Below are positions 1 to 11,256 of a DNA stretch of 64,000 nt, piece by piece. Positions within the stretch are counted from its first letter, which is position 1, and every line of letters starts with the position of its first letter. The notes under the pieces are model-generated. The model made no database searches, was not told the origin of the DNA, and saw nothing but the letters and a program-made list of their open reading frames with translations. Origin of the DNA: Polyangiales bacterium. Its GTDB lineage: Bacteria; Myxococcota_A; Polyangia; Polyangiales; Polyangiaceae. Position numbers and translations under genes: made by a program. Location: NCBI GenBank assembly GCA_038231275.1, contig JBBRLQ010000002.1, positions 64,001 to 128,000 on the forward strand. Reading direction: 5' to 3'.

Positions 1-14
1 CGCAGCCCCCCTCC

Positions 15-1949
15 GTGCAACCGGCCGCTCCGGCGCCGGGTCCCGCGCCCGCGACGCGCGAGCCGCTCATGCCCGCGCCCCAACCGTCCACCGGCGTCGC
101 GGGCGGCGCCGGCGGTGGCCCCGGGGTCGTCGCCGATCCGGCGGCCGACAGCAAATCGCTCGCGACCCAAGGCGCGCGTCGCCCTTCGCTCGGCAGCGCC
201 GGCGAAGTCGGCGCGCACCCGAGCGACGTGTACAGCGAAGACTGGTGGGGCCACACGCGCCCGATCCTCGAGCTGCACGGCTACTTCCGCACGCGCGCCG
301 AGCTCTTTCACAACTTCGCGCTCGGCCGACACAACGCTCCGGGCGACATCCAGCAGCTCTGGGCGCAGCCCCTCGATCAGTCGTACTCGGACTCGAGCGG
401 CACCATCCGCAACGTGAATCTGTGCGGTCCGTCAAACGCCGTCCAGCTCCAGCCCTGCTACGACAAGACCCAGTCGGGCGCGAACGTGCGCTTCCGGATC
501 AACCCGGAGCTGCACATCTCCGACAACCTGCGGATCATGTCGCAGATCGACGCGCTCGATAACCTCGTGCTCGGCTCGACCGGCGACTCGTACACGATCA
601 AGCCCGGCAACAGCGGCAACATCAAGGCGGCCGGCAACGGCTACGGACCCGGGGGGTACAGCGGCTACGCGCCGCTCGGTGTATTCACGACGACGCAAGG
701 TCCACCCACCGCCGGCGTGAACAGCTACAGGAACTCGATCGACGTGAAGCGCGTCTGGGCCGAATACATGACGCCCGTAGGCCAGGTCCGCTTCGGCCGC
801 ATGCCCAGCCACTGGGGTCTCGGCATGCTCGCCAACTCCGGCGACGGCCTCGACAGCGATTACCAGACGACGACCGACCGCATCATGTTCGTCACCGGCC
901 TCAAGTCGCTCGACTTGTACTTCGGCGGCGCGTGGGACTTCATCTCGACGGGCCCGACGAGCGCGTCGGCGTTCGACGTCTACGGCGGCCAGCCCTACAA
1001 CACCGCGAACCTCACGAACGCGAACGAGTGGGTCGCCTTCGCGGCGCGCCGCACGAACCCCGACATGCAGCGCCTCGCCCTCTCCCGCGGCGATCTCGTC
1101 GTCAACGGCGGCACGTACTGGGTCTACCGCTCGCAGCTCCTCGACGTGGCGGCGACGCAGACGCCCCTCACCTTCGCCGGCGACGACGGCGCGACGACCG
1201 ACCGCGGTCTCGAGCGGCGCAGCGCGTGGGCGATCATCCCGGACTTGTGGGTCCAGGTCCTCTGGCGCAAGCTCCGCATCGAGGCGGAGGCGGCGGTCAT
1301 CTACGGCGACGTGGAGCAGCTCCCCGGCCAGACCGATCGCGCGAGCCCCTACAAAATTCGCCAAATGGGCCTCACGACCCAGAGCGAGTACAAGGCGATC
1401 GAAGACAAGCTCCGCCTCGGCTTCGGCTTCGGCTGGGCGAGCGGCGACCCCTGGGTCAGCGGCCTCTCGCCCGGCAACTCCGGCCTTCAGCCCGAGCAGA
1501 ATGGCGGCCGCGGCCCGATCTCGACCTTCCACTTCCACCCCGACTACCGCGTCGACCTCATCTTCTTCCGCCACATCCTGTCGCGGGTCGAAGGTGCCTA
1601 CTACTTCCGCCCGAGCGTCGACTACGATTTCCTCCGCAACGCGAACGGCCAGAAGTTCGGCGGCGGCGCGGCGATCATCTGGAGCCGCGCGAGCGAGTTC
1701 ATCCAGACGCCCGGCCACAAGCGCGACCTCGGGGTCGAGCTCGATCTCAGCATCTACTACCAGGCGAAGGACGGCTCGCTGAACGACGACTCCGAGAAGA
1801 TCGGCGGCTTCTACACGATGCTGCAATACGGCGTGTTCTTCCCGCTCGGGGGCCTGTCGTACCTGCCCGGGGAGCAGACGAACCTCCTCCCTAACTGGGA
1901 CACGTCCACCGCTCAAACACTGCGCCTCTTCCTAGGCGTCGTATACTGA
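15..1949 (+). CDS. Myxobacterial outer-membrane beta-barrel protein (TIGR04551-like); probably 5'-truncated by the window edge
   Basis: Pro-rich N-terminus; motifs LHGYFRTRAELFHNF, VKRVWAEY..PVG..RFGRMPSHWGLG and FHFHPDYRVDLIFFR; amphipathic strands ending in aromatic VVY. Confidence 0.75.
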   Translation: MQPAAPAPGPAPATREPLMPAPQPSTGVAGGAGGGPGVVADPAADSKSLATQGARRPSLGSAGEVGAHPSDVYSEDWWGHTRPILELHGYFRTRAELFHNFALGRHNAPGDIQQLWAQPLDQSYSDSSGTIRNVNLCGPSNAVQLQPCYDKTQSGANVRFRINPELHISDNLRIMSQIDALDNLVLGSTGDSYTIKPGNSGNIKAAGNGYGPGGYSGYAPLGVFTTTQGPPTAGVNSYRNSIDVKRVWAEYMTPVGQVRFGRMPSHWGLGMLANSGDGLDSDYQTTTDRIMFVTGLKSLDLYFGGAWDFISTGPTSASAFDVYGGQPYNTANLTNANEWVAFAARRTNPDMQRLALSRGDLVVNGGTYWVYRSQLLDVAATQTPLTFAGDDGATTDRGLERRSAWAIIPDLWVQVLWRKLRIEAEAAVIYGDVEQLPGQTDRASPYKIRQMGLTTQSEYKAIEDKLRLGFGFGWASGDPWVSGLSPGNSGLQPEQNGGRGPISTFHFHPDYRVDLIFFRHILSRVEGAYYFRPSVDYDFLRNANGQKFGGGAAIIWSRASEFIQTPGHKRDLGVELDLSIYYQAKDGSLNDDSEKIGGFYTMLQYGVFFPLGGLSYLPGEQTNLLPNWDTSTAQTLRLFLGVVY

Positions 1950-1955
1950 ACGGCG

Positions 1956-2465
1956 ATGCGGCGCGCCCTCGCAGGTTTGGTGGTCACGAGTCTGTTCGGC
2001 GTCGGCGCTGCGTGCAGTGCTACCGGCGGCGCGCAGGGCGGTGACGATCGCTTCGACGCTGGACCCGCGCCCATCCCTCAGGTGTCGACCGCCAGCGGAT
2101 GCGGCGCCGCTGGCGGCCCCGACGGCGGAATCACGTGGACGGATCTGTACCGCGACTTCTTCGGCAACCTCAGCGCCGGCGGACCAGGCTGCAAGGGAAC
2201 CGGCTCTTGCCACGCCTCGGCCGATCAAGGCGGCGGCGGCACGTGGGTGTGCGGAGCTACACAGCAAAGCTGCTGGGAAGGAATGACCGGCGCGAGCCCG
2301 CCGATCATCGACAAGGCAGACCCGGCCAGCAGCGTGCTCATCTCGGTCGCGCTGCGCAGCAAGCAGGGCGGGAACATGCCCCTCTCGCCTGCGAGCTGCG
2401 TTTTCACCGCCGACTCCCTCAAGCGGATCCAGGACTGGATGGCGGCGGGAGCACAGAACAACTAG
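1956..2465 (+). CDS. Lipoprotein with cytochrome-c-like motifs
   Basis: Lipobox VGAAC; CKGTGSCH, later NMPL and IQDWMAAGA. Confidence 0.6.
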   Translation: MRRALAGLVVTSLFGVGAACSATGGAQGGDDRFDAGPAPIPQVSTASGCGAAGGPDGGITWTDLYRDFFGNLSAGGPGCKGTGSCHASADQGGGGTWVCGATQQSCWEGMTGASPPIIDKADPASSVLISVALRSKQGGNMPLSPASCVFTADSLKRIQDWMAAGAQNN

Positions 2466-2474
2466 GTTCCCCCC

Positions 2475-3836
<1,362 letters not shown>

Positions 3837-3884
3837 CTTCGCGCTCACGCGCCGCAGGCTTCCACCACGGACGCCCAACGGCGC

Positions 3885-3919
3885 GTTCATCTCTGAACAC
3901 CGGTCCTTCAAATCTGCAA
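3885..3919. promoter_or_regulatory. Tandem TTCA-N4-TG(A/C)A inverted repeats, candidate enhancer-binding-protein sites
   Basis: GTTCATCTCTGAAC (3885-3898) and TTCAAATCTGCAA (3907-3919), 21 bp apart. Confidence 0.4.
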
Positions 3920-4051
3920 TGGAAGGGTGGCCAACCGCATGACCGCACGCGCCCCCAACTAGCCGGGATCGTGGGGTTGTGGCTCATGGGTGGAAGTCGG
4001 CCCGACCTTTGCTCTCGGGGCTTCGGGTATTGGGGGGTAGCGGAGGCAGTT

Positions 4052-4465
4052 TTGGCACGCGTCCTCGTTGTGGATGACGAAGAGAATCAGATTCGGGTCC
4101 TGTCGATGGGGCTCTCGATCGAAGGCTTCGACGTGGCGACCGCCAAGTCCGCCGAGGAGGCGATGGCCGCGCTCGAAAAGCACGACGACATCCTCCTCGG
4201 GCTGTTCGATCTCATGATGCCCGGGATGAACGGGCTCGAGCTCGCGCGGCTCGTCCGCACGCGTCACCCTCACGTCCGCGTGGTGCTGACGAGCGCGTAC
4301 CACCTCTCCGAGCGCCAGCTCGAACGCGCCGACTGCGGCGTCGTCGGCTTCGTTCCCAAGCCGTACGAGCTCGGCGAGCTCGCGTCGTTCCTCCGCGCGA
4401 AGCTCGCGCCGCCGAGCTCGCGGACGACGCTTATCGGCGCCCCCGCGCGCGAGCACCTGGCCTAA
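4052..4465 (+). CDS. Single-domain response regulator (CheY-like receiver)
   Basis: TTG start after GGAGG; VLVVDDE, FDLMMPGMNG, TSA, KP. Confidence 0.88.
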   Translation: MARVLVVDDEENQIRVLSMGLSIEGFDVATAKSAEEAMAALEKHDDILLGLFDLMMPGMNGLELARLVRTRHPHVRVVLTSAYHLSERQLERADCGVVGFVPKPYELGELASFLRAKLAPPSSRTTLIGAPAREHLA

Positions 4466-4519
4466 GCCGACACACCACTTTCGCCGCTCGGGCAAAACGA
4501 TCCTGCTATAGCCGCTCGG

Positions 4520-5593
4520 GTGAAGGTCGAACTCTTCGACTACGAGCTGCCGCCCGAGCGCATCGCGCAAGAGCCCGCGAAGGAGCGCGAAGGAGCGCGC
4601 CTCATGGTGCTCCCGGCGGGCGGCGGTGCGCCGCAACACACGACCGTCGCGGCATTGCCCGAGCTCGTGCCTCCGCGGGCGCTCGTCGTCCTCAACGACA
4701 CGCGCGTCGTGCCGGCGCGCCTCCTCGGCGTGAAGGCGGAGACGGGCGGCAAGGTCGAGATCTTCCTCGTCCAGAAGATGGGCGCGCGCGAGATCGACGG
4801 GCGCACGCTCGACGTGTGGCGCGCGCTCGGCAAATCAAGCAAGGGGCTGAAGTTCGGGACGCGCGTGATCGTGGGCCCGCTCGTCATTCTGCTGCTCGGT
4901 CGCGCGGAAGACGACGGCCTCCTCGAGGTGGGGCTCGAGACGACCGACGGGACGCCGGTCGACGACGCGATCAGAGTCACAGGTCACGTGCCGCTCCCGC
5001 CGTACATCAAGCGCGACGATGAGGGCGTCGATCGCGAGCGCTACCAGACCGTCTTCGCGCGCGTCGATGGCGCGATCGCCGCGCCGACCGCCGGACTCCA
5101 CCTCACGCGCGCGATGCTGGGGCGCTTCGCTGTGCGGGGCGCCGAGGTCGCGTCGGTGACCCTCCACGTCGGGCTCGGGACGTTTCAGCCGGTGACCGTC
5201 CCGGACTTCGACCAGCACCCGATGCACGAGGAGCGGTTCGAGGTCTCGAAGACCGCGCAGACGGCCGTCGCCAGCGCCCGTGATCGCGGCGCGAGCGTCG
5301 TCGCGGTGGGCACGACGGTCGTACGAACGCTCGAGAGCAACGCCGATCCCGCGCGCGATGGCCTCGTCGTGGCCGGCAGCGGAGCGACGCGCCTCCTCAT
5401 TCAACCGGGGTACGCCTTTCGCGTCGTCGACGTGCTCGTCACCAACTTCCACCTCCCGAAGTCGACGTTGCTCGCCCTGGTGTGCGCGTTCGGCGGGACC
5501 GAGCGCGTGCTCGACGCGTACCGCGCGGCGGTGAGGGAGCAGTACCGGTTCTTCTCCTACGGCGACGCGATGCTCCTGTGGAGGACGCGATGA
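4520..5593 (+). CDS. queA: S-adenosylmethionine:tRNA ribosyltransferase-isomerase
   Basis: FDYELPPERIAQ, PLPPYIKR, RYQTVFA, AAPTAGLH, TNFHLPKSTL, YRFFSYGDAML. Confidence 0.98.
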   Translation: MKVELFDYELPPERIAQEPAKEREGARLMVLPAGGGAPQHTTVAALPELVPPRALVVLNDTRVVPARLLGVKAETGGKVEIFLVQKMGAREIDGRTLDVWRALGKSSKGLKFGTRVIVGPLVILLLGRAEDDGLLEVGLETTDGTPVDDAIRVTGHVPLPPYIKRDDEGVDRERYQTVFARVDGAIAAPTAGLHLTRAMLGRFAVRGAEVASVTLHVGLGTFQPVTVPDFDQHPMHEERFEVSKTAQTAVASARDRGASVVAVGTTVVRTLESNADPARDGLVVAGSGATRLLIQPGYAFRVVDVLVTNFHLPKSTLLALVCAFGGTERVLDAYRAAVREQYRFFSYGDAMLLWRTR

Positions 5594-6741
5594 AGCCGCG
5601 CGCGCACGGCTTCGTGTTTCGCGAGGAGGCGAAGGACGGCCATGCGCGCGCGAGCCTGCTCACGACGCCGCACGGGGACGTCGAGCTCCCAACGTTCATG
5701 CCGGTGGGGACGCAGGGCAGCGTGAAGACGCTGACGCCGGGCGAGGTCGCGAGCACCGGCGCACGGATCGTCCTCGGCAACACGTACCACCTGATGCTGC
5801 GACCCGGGGGCGACGCGATCGCCGCGCACGGCGGCCTTCACGAATTCACGCGCTGGCCGCACGCGATGCTCACGGACTCGGGGGGCTTCCAGGCGTTCTC
5901 GCTCACCGAGAAGGTGAAGGCGACCGAGGACGGCTTCACCTTCCAGTCGCACCTCGACGGCACCAAGTACCACCTCTCACCGGAGGAGGCGGTGCGCGTG
6001 CAGGGGCTCATCGGCGCCGACATCCAGATGCAGCTCGACGTGTGCCCGCCCGGCCAATCGGAGCGCGCGGCCGTAGAGCGCGCGATCGCCACGACCACCC
6101 GCTGGGCGAAGCGCGCCCTCGCCGCGCCGCGCCCCGAAGGGCAGGCGCTCTTCGGAATCGTGCAGGGTGCATGCTTTCCCGATCTTCGCCGCGCGCACGC
6201 CGAGGAGCTCGCGGCGCTCGAGCCCGGTTTCGACGGCCTCGCGCTCGGCGGCTTCTCGGTCGGCGAGCCCATCGAGAAGATGCACGAGACGCTCGCAGAG
6301 GTCGCGCACCTCCTCGATCCGGAGCGCCCGCGCTACCTGATGGGCGTCGGCACGCCGTACGATCTATGGTGCGCGATCGGCGAGGGCGTCGACATGTTCG
6401 ACTGCGTGCTGCCGACGCGCAACGCGCGCAACGGCCAGGCGCTGACCCGCCACGGCAGGATCGTCATCAAGCAAGCGCGCTACAAAGACGACCGCGCGCC
6501 GATCGACGCCTCCTGCGACTGCGCATGTTGCGCAGGCGGGTACTCCCGCGCGTACCTCCGCCACCTCTTCCTCGCCGGCGAGATCCTCGTTCTTCGCCTC
6601 TTTTCGCTCCACAACCTCCACTACTACGGTCAAATCGTCCGAGAGGCCCGGGAGGCGATCCGAGCCGGGAATTTCGCGGAAACCAAGCGCCGCGCGCTTC
6701 AAGATTTGTCCTCGGCGATGCCTGCGCGTACCCTTGACTGA
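5590..6741 (+). CDS. tgt: tRNA-guanine transglycosylase
   Basis: PTFMPVGT, GNTYHL, TDSGGFQ, PRYLMGVG, DMFDCVLPTRNARNG, CxCxxC zinc site; ATGA overlap with queA. Confidence 0.98.
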   Translation: MKPRAHGFVFREEAKDGHARASLLTTPHGDVELPTFMPVGTQGSVKTLTPGEVASTGARIVLGNTYHLMLRPGGDAIAAHGGLHEFTRWPHAMLTDSGGFQAFSLTEKVKATEDGFTFQSHLDGTKYHLSPEEAVRVQGLIGADIQMQLDVCPPGQSERAAVERAIATTTRWAKRALAAPRPEGQALFGIVQGACFPDLRRAHAEELAALEPGFDGLALGGFSVGEPIEKMHETLAEVAHLLDPERPRYLMGVGTPYDLWCAIGEGVDMFDCVLPTRNARNGQALTRHGRIVIKQARYKDDRAPIDASCDCACCAGGYSRAYLRHLFLAGEILVLRLFSLHNLHYYGQIVREAREAIRAGNFAETKRRALQDLSSAMPARTLD

Positions 6742-6751
6742 AGCCTCTGAC

Positions 6752-8335
6752 ATGACGGAGAAAAAGCAGCTCGGCAAGATTCTGCTCAAGCAGAAGCTGA
6801 TCTCGCAGGCGGACCTCGACGCCGCCCTGCGCGAGCAGAAGCGTGCGCCGCTCGACGGCGGGAGGCCGCTCGCGTCGCAGCTCACCCAGTCCGGCCTCGT
6901 CAGCGAAACCGACGCGCTGCGCGCCCTCTCCGAGCAGTTCGGGATGCCGGGGATCGATCTGAACCAGGTCGCCATCCTCCTCGAGCACCTCGACGTGGTG
7001 CCCCGCGAGGTCGCGAACGCCCAGCGCATGCTGCCGGTGCTCGTGCGCGACGATCGCATCTTCTTGGCGATGGCCAACCCGCTCGACAAGCGCACGATCG
7101 ACGAGCTCGAGTTCGTGACCGGTCGCAAGGTCTATCCGTACATCGCCATCACGCACACGCTCGAGAAGGCGACCGCCGCGGCGTACGACGCCAAAGAGAA
7201 GGGCGAGATCTACTTCCTCGGACCCAAGGTCCCGCTCGAGACGCTCCAGCAGCTCGGCCTCGAGCCGAACGCGAACGCGTCGCCCGCGAAGGACGCCGCC
7301 AAGCCGTCGGCGAGGGACGAGGGTCTCCCGATCACCTCGCCGCCGTCGAGTCAGCGCCCTACGCCGGTGCCGAGCATCCCTCCGCCGCCGCCGACCGGCG
7401 CCGCGCTCGTCAAAGAGGCGAGCGTCGAGCGCGCGGCGATCGAGTCGGAGCTGAGCGACGAAGAGTTCGGCAACATGGGCTCGGAGGTCTCCACGGTCGC
7501 GACGCTGCCCGACGAGCTGCGCGTCCCGGCAACGGCGAAGGGCGATGGGACGACCGGGGAAGGAAAGCTGATCCTGGTCGTCGACGACGAGGAGGACATC
7601 CGCAAGCTCCTTAAGCGCCTGCTCACCGATCGAGGCCACCGCGTGCTCGAGGCCGACCGCGGTCTGCTCGCGCTCCGCATGGTGAAGGAGCACACGCCGG
7701 ATCTCATCGTCCTAGACGCCATGCTGCCCGAGCTCCACGGCTTCGACATCGCGCGACGCATCAAGGGCAGCGAGAAGTACGGCGCGATCCCGATCGTGAT
7801 GATCAGCGCCGTCTACCGCGGCTGGCGCATCGCCGAGGACCTGAAGGCGAACTACGGCATCGAGGAGTACATCGAGAAGCCGTTCCGAATCGGCGACGTC
7901 GTCGCCATCGTCACCAAGCTCCTGACGCGCCACACGTCGCCGACGGTTCCTCCGCCCCGCGATCCCGACAACATCAACAGCGAAGCCGAGAGGGCGCTCG
8001 AAGAGGGCATCGCCGCGTTCCGCCGAGGAGAGATCGACGTCGCGATCGACCACCTGAAGCGCGGCACGAAGATCGATCCCCTCGCCTACCGCCTCCGCTA
8101 CCATCTGGCGCTCTTGTACGGGAAAAAGGGGCAGATCTACGACGGGGTGGGAGAGCTAGAACGCGCCGTCGAGCTGAACCCCAAGCATTTCCCGGCCCTG
8201 AAGAACTTGGCGGTCCTCTACGAAAAGGCGGGCTTCAAGAACAAGGCGATCGAAATGTGGGAGAGGTGTGTCCACAACGCGCCGGACCCCGAGACGAAGG
8301 CGCAGATCAAAGAGCACCTCGTCCAACTCTTGTAG
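6752..8335 (+). CDS. MshEN/GSPII_N - receiver - TPR signalling protein
   Basis: QLGKILLKQKLIS..L..AL.EQ tandem motif, LAMANPLD, REC domain (VVDDEE...LDAMLP...SAVY...KPF), C-terminal TPRs. Confidence 0.85.
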   Translation: MTEKKQLGKILLKQKLISQADLDAALREQKRAPLDGGRPLASQLTQSGLVSETDALRALSEQFGMPGIDLNQVAILLEHLDVVPREVANAQRMLPVLVRDDRIFLAMANPLDKRTIDELEFVTGRKVYPYIAITHTLEKATAAAYDAKEKGEIYFLGPKVPLETLQQLGLEPNANASPAKDAAKPSARDEGLPITSPPSSQRPTPVPSIPPPPPTGAALVKEASVERAAIESELSDEEFGNMGSEVSTVATLPDELRVPATAKGDGTTGEGKLILVVDDEEDIRKLLKRLLTDRGHRVLEADRGLLALRMVKEHTPDLIVLDAMLPELHGFDIARRIKGSEKYGAIPIVMISAVYRGWRIAEDLKANYGIEEYIEKPFRIGDVVAIVTKLLTRHTSPTVPPPRDPDNINSEAERALEEGIAAFRRGEIDVAIDHLKRGTKIDPLAYRLRYHLALLYGKKGQIYDGVGELERAVELNPKHFPALKNLAVLYEKAGFKNKAIEMWERCVHNAPDPETKAQIKEHLVQLL

Positions 8336-8492
8336 GGCGGGCATCGACCGTTCGCGGGTTGCACGTGCGCGACGATCAAAGAATTTCGTGTGTGGTGCGT
8401 CGAACGAAGGTCCGCCCGGTCCGCGGCCTTGCCAGGGTGCTTTGCCGCACCCGTCACGGCCGCTTGTCGGGTAGAGTGGAGGCCGAGGCCGC

Positions 8493-10130
8493 GTGAAGTT
8501 CCTCTGTGATCAGTGCAAGGCGAAGTACCAGATTGCCGACGAGAAGGTCGCCGGCAAGACGGTGCGAATGAAGTGCCGCAAATGCGGCCACATGATCGAG
8601 GTCCGCGCGGCGGTCACCGAGACGAGCGTCTCCGTAGACATCCCGCGCGAGGACAACCCGGCCGCCGCCGGCGCCCCGCCGCGACCGCCCGCCAAGCCCG
8701 CCGTGCCCAAGCCGACCGGTGGCGCGCTCGCGACGAGCTTCGCGTCGGCGCGTCCGGTCGGGTCGCGCCCGCCGCTCTCTGCGCAGACCGGGCATCCGCA
8801 CCACGCGCCCCCGCACGCCAGCCTGTCCAACGCCTTCAACAAATCCGTTCAGAAGGATGACGACGCGGCGCTCGAGATGCTCGAGATGCACGCCGCGGAC
8901 GAGTGGTACGTCGCGATCAACGGGGTGCCCGTCGGTCCCGTGCGCATGGCGGAGCTTCGCCGCAAGGCCGCGACCGGCGCAGTGACCGAGGACTCGCTCG
9001 TGTGGCAGGAGGGGCTCGAGGAGTGGCGCCCTGTCAAAGCGATAAGCGAGCTCGCGGCGGTCGTCCGCGAGGCGATGGCCGGCGGGCGCGTGTCGCTCGC
9101 GACGCCGCCGCCGCCGGAAGCGCGCAGCAGCTCTTTGCCTCCCGCGCCCCGTCCGATGCCGGGTCCCGCGCCGCGTCCCCCGACGGCGCCTGCCTTCCTC
9201 CCTCAGCGCGCGACGCCGAGCCCACCGGCGGCGATGTCGGCGGCGGCGCGCAGCAACGTCGTCCCGATCACGGGCCGCGGCGGCAACGCGGGCCTCGCCA
9301 CCGCAGAGCGCTTGGATGCGCCGCCGGCGTCGGGGCCGTCGCCGTTCAGCATGCCGGCCCCTGTCGCCGATCCGTTCGCGATGCCGCCGCCGGCCGCGTC
9401 GATGGCGCCGCCGATGGTCGCGCCCGCGACGCCGTCGATGGTCCCGCCGCCCGCGAAGAAGGCGCCGCCGTGGATCGCGATCGCGATGGTGGTCCTCGCG
9501 GGCGCGTTCGGCATCACCGCGGCCATCATCGTCCTGACACGCCCCACGCAGCAGCCCGTCGTCATCCAGATGCCGTCGGCGCAGCCGACCGCCGCGCAGA
9601 TCACGCCGCCTCCCGGAGACGACGTCCCCGCGCCCGATCCGAACGCGCCGACCGCCGCGAACGGCGCCGACGCAGGGGGCGGACGCACCGCCGCGATGCA
9701 CCCCGGTGGCGGAGGAACCAGGCCGGGAGCCAACGGCGGCAACGCGAACCCCGCGCCGCCAAACTCGGCGATCGCCGCGCTCCTCGGTGGCACCAACAAC
9801 GGCCCGACCCCCGGCGGTCCGACGCCCGGCGGCGCGGGTGGCGGCGGTGGAAGCCAGCTCACGAGCGATCAGATCGAGGCCGTTGTCCGCTCGCACCAGA
9901 GCGGCGTGAAGCGCACGTGCTTCGAGCGCATCGCGACTGACAAGACCGGCACCGTGCAGGTCACGGTCAACGCGACGGTCGGCGGCAGCGGCGCAGTTCA
10001 GAGCGTGACGGCGACCGGAAACGATCCGACGATCGCCAAGTGCATCGAAGGTGCGGTCCGCGGCTGGCAATTCCCGCCGACCGGCGCGACGAGCCAGATT
10101 CAGATCCCGTTCAAATTCGTCCGGCAATAG
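8493..10130 (+). CDS. Zinc-ribbon/GYF/TM/TonB-C-like protein (GltJ/AgmX-like)
   Basis: CDQC...CRKC zinc ribbon; WYVAING..VGP and LVWQEGLEEWRP (GYF_2); TM helix; C-terminal V..C...C....V..W.FP....PF.F. Confidence 0.85.
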   Translation: MKFLCDQCKAKYQIADEKVAGKTVRMKCRKCGHMIEVRAAVTETSVSVDIPREDNPAAAGAPPRPPAKPAVPKPTGGALATSFASARPVGSRPPLSAQTGHPHHAPPHASLSNAFNKSVQKDDDAALEMLEMHAADEWYVAINGVPVGPVRMAELRRKAATGAVTEDSLVWQEGLEEWRPVKAISELAAVVREAMAGGRVSLATPPPPEARSSSLPPAPRPMPGPAPRPPTAPAFLPQRATPSPPAAMSAAARSNVVPITGRGGNAGLATAERLDAPPASGPSPFSMPAPVADPFAMPPPAASMAPPMVAPATPSMVPPPAKKAPPWIAIAMVVLAGAFGITAAIIVLTRPTQQPVVIQMPSAQPTAAQITPPPGDDVPAPDPNAPTAANGADAGGGRTAAMHPGGGGTRPGANGGNANPAPPNSAIAALLGGTNNGPTPGGPTPGGAGGGGGSQLTSDQIEAVVRSHQSGVKRTCFERIATDKTGTVQVTVNATVGGSGAVQSVTATGNDPTIAKCIEGAVRGWQFPPTGATSQIQIPFKFVRQ

Positions 10131-10238
10131 CGCGGACGTCGTCTGCAGCGACCCCAAGAAGGCGCTCGAATACGCTGAATCCCAGGGTGAAGACGTCCGT
10201 CGAACGGGCGTAGCTTCGCGTATCGTGGGGTTCTCGAA

Positions 10239-11114
10239 ATGAATGGAAGACCGCTAGCACTGCTGTTCGCACTTGGCGTAGCTACGCTCGCGGTCGCGGC
10301 CAACGCCGGTGCCGACGCGCCGCCGCCGGCTCCCGTCGCTCCGAACCTGTCGCTCCAGGCGGCGCGCGCGTCCACGGGCGAAGCGCTGAAGGTCGTCGTC
10401 CAAAAGCTCCCTGCGGCTTCGCAGCAGAAGATCACCGGCGTGTACGTGGCGTTCGCGCCCGATCCGAAGGCCCCGCTCGCGCTGGCCGCGTGCGACGACG
10501 ACGGCGACTACGTCGTCGTGCTGAGCGACGCGATGCTCACGCTGGTGGACGCCGTCGCGCGCGCGAAGGCGACCGACGACGCGCTGGGCTCGGGCAAGCT
10601 CGACGCGTACGCGCGCTTGCTCGCGAAGGGACAGCGTCCGGGCGAGCGCTTGCTGACGCCGCCCGCAGGATTTTACGACGCGGCGCAGACGACTCCGGAG
10701 CTCGCGCGCGCGCAGAACAAGCAGTTTCGCGCGATCGCGACGTACCTCGTGGCGACCGAGGTGAGCCACATGACCGCAGGCGATCTCGTCTGCGGGCACC
10801 CGACCGCGACGCACGAGCGCGGCGACGACGAGTGGACGCCGTCGGAGCACGAGGCCGCGCTCGCCGCGACACGCATCGTCCACGAAGCGCGACACGTCGC
10901 GACCGCCGACGCGCACGGCGCGAGCCTCGCGGCCGAGACCGGCGAGCGCGACGGCGGGTACGTCGCGCTCCTCATGCCGCTCATGGCAGCGATCGAGGCG
11001 AGCGCCACCGGGCGGGCGAGCGTGCCTTACGTGGAGCACCACCAGAACCAAGCGGTGCGCGCGCAGATCGTCCAGACCGTCACGGGCAAGGCGCGAACGC
11101 GCGCGGCGCCGTAA
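10239..11114 (+). CDS. Secreted M48-peptidase-like protein with degenerate active site
   Basis: Signal peptide; LVATEVSH where HExxH is expected; ATADAHG where ExxAD is expected. Confidence 0.55.
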   Translation: MNGRPLALLFALGVATLAVAANAGADAPPPAPVAPNLSLQAARASTGEALKVVVQKLPAASQQKITGVYVAFAPDPKAPLALAACDDDGDYVVVLSDAMLTLVDAVARAKATDDALGSGKLDAYARLLAKGQRPGERLLTPPAGFYDAAQTTPELARAQNKQFRAIATYLVATEVSHMTAGDLVCGHPTATHERGDDEWTPSEHEAALAATRIVHEARHVATADAHGASLAAETGERDGGYVALLMPLMAAIEASATGRASVPYVEHHQNQAVRAQIVQTVTGKARTRAAP

Positions 11115-11256
11115 GGACGCGCATGCCGGCGCGTTGATCGAGGGAATGTCCTAAAAACAGCCGCGAAAACCTTTGCACAACCCCGGGCCATCCTCTTGTA
11201 AAGTACCGCCCGCGTGACATGCGCCCCGTAACGGCGCGCTTCTCTGGAGGCGTTTC

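Noticed and set aside
4052..4068. TTGGCACG as a -24 box
   Set aside because: No -12 GC at the right distance; it is the start of the receiver CDS
4520..6741. queA/tgt as a 7-deazaguanine DNA modification (dpd) system
   Set aside because: Canonical tRNA-type Tgt with zinc site next to queA; no dpd genes
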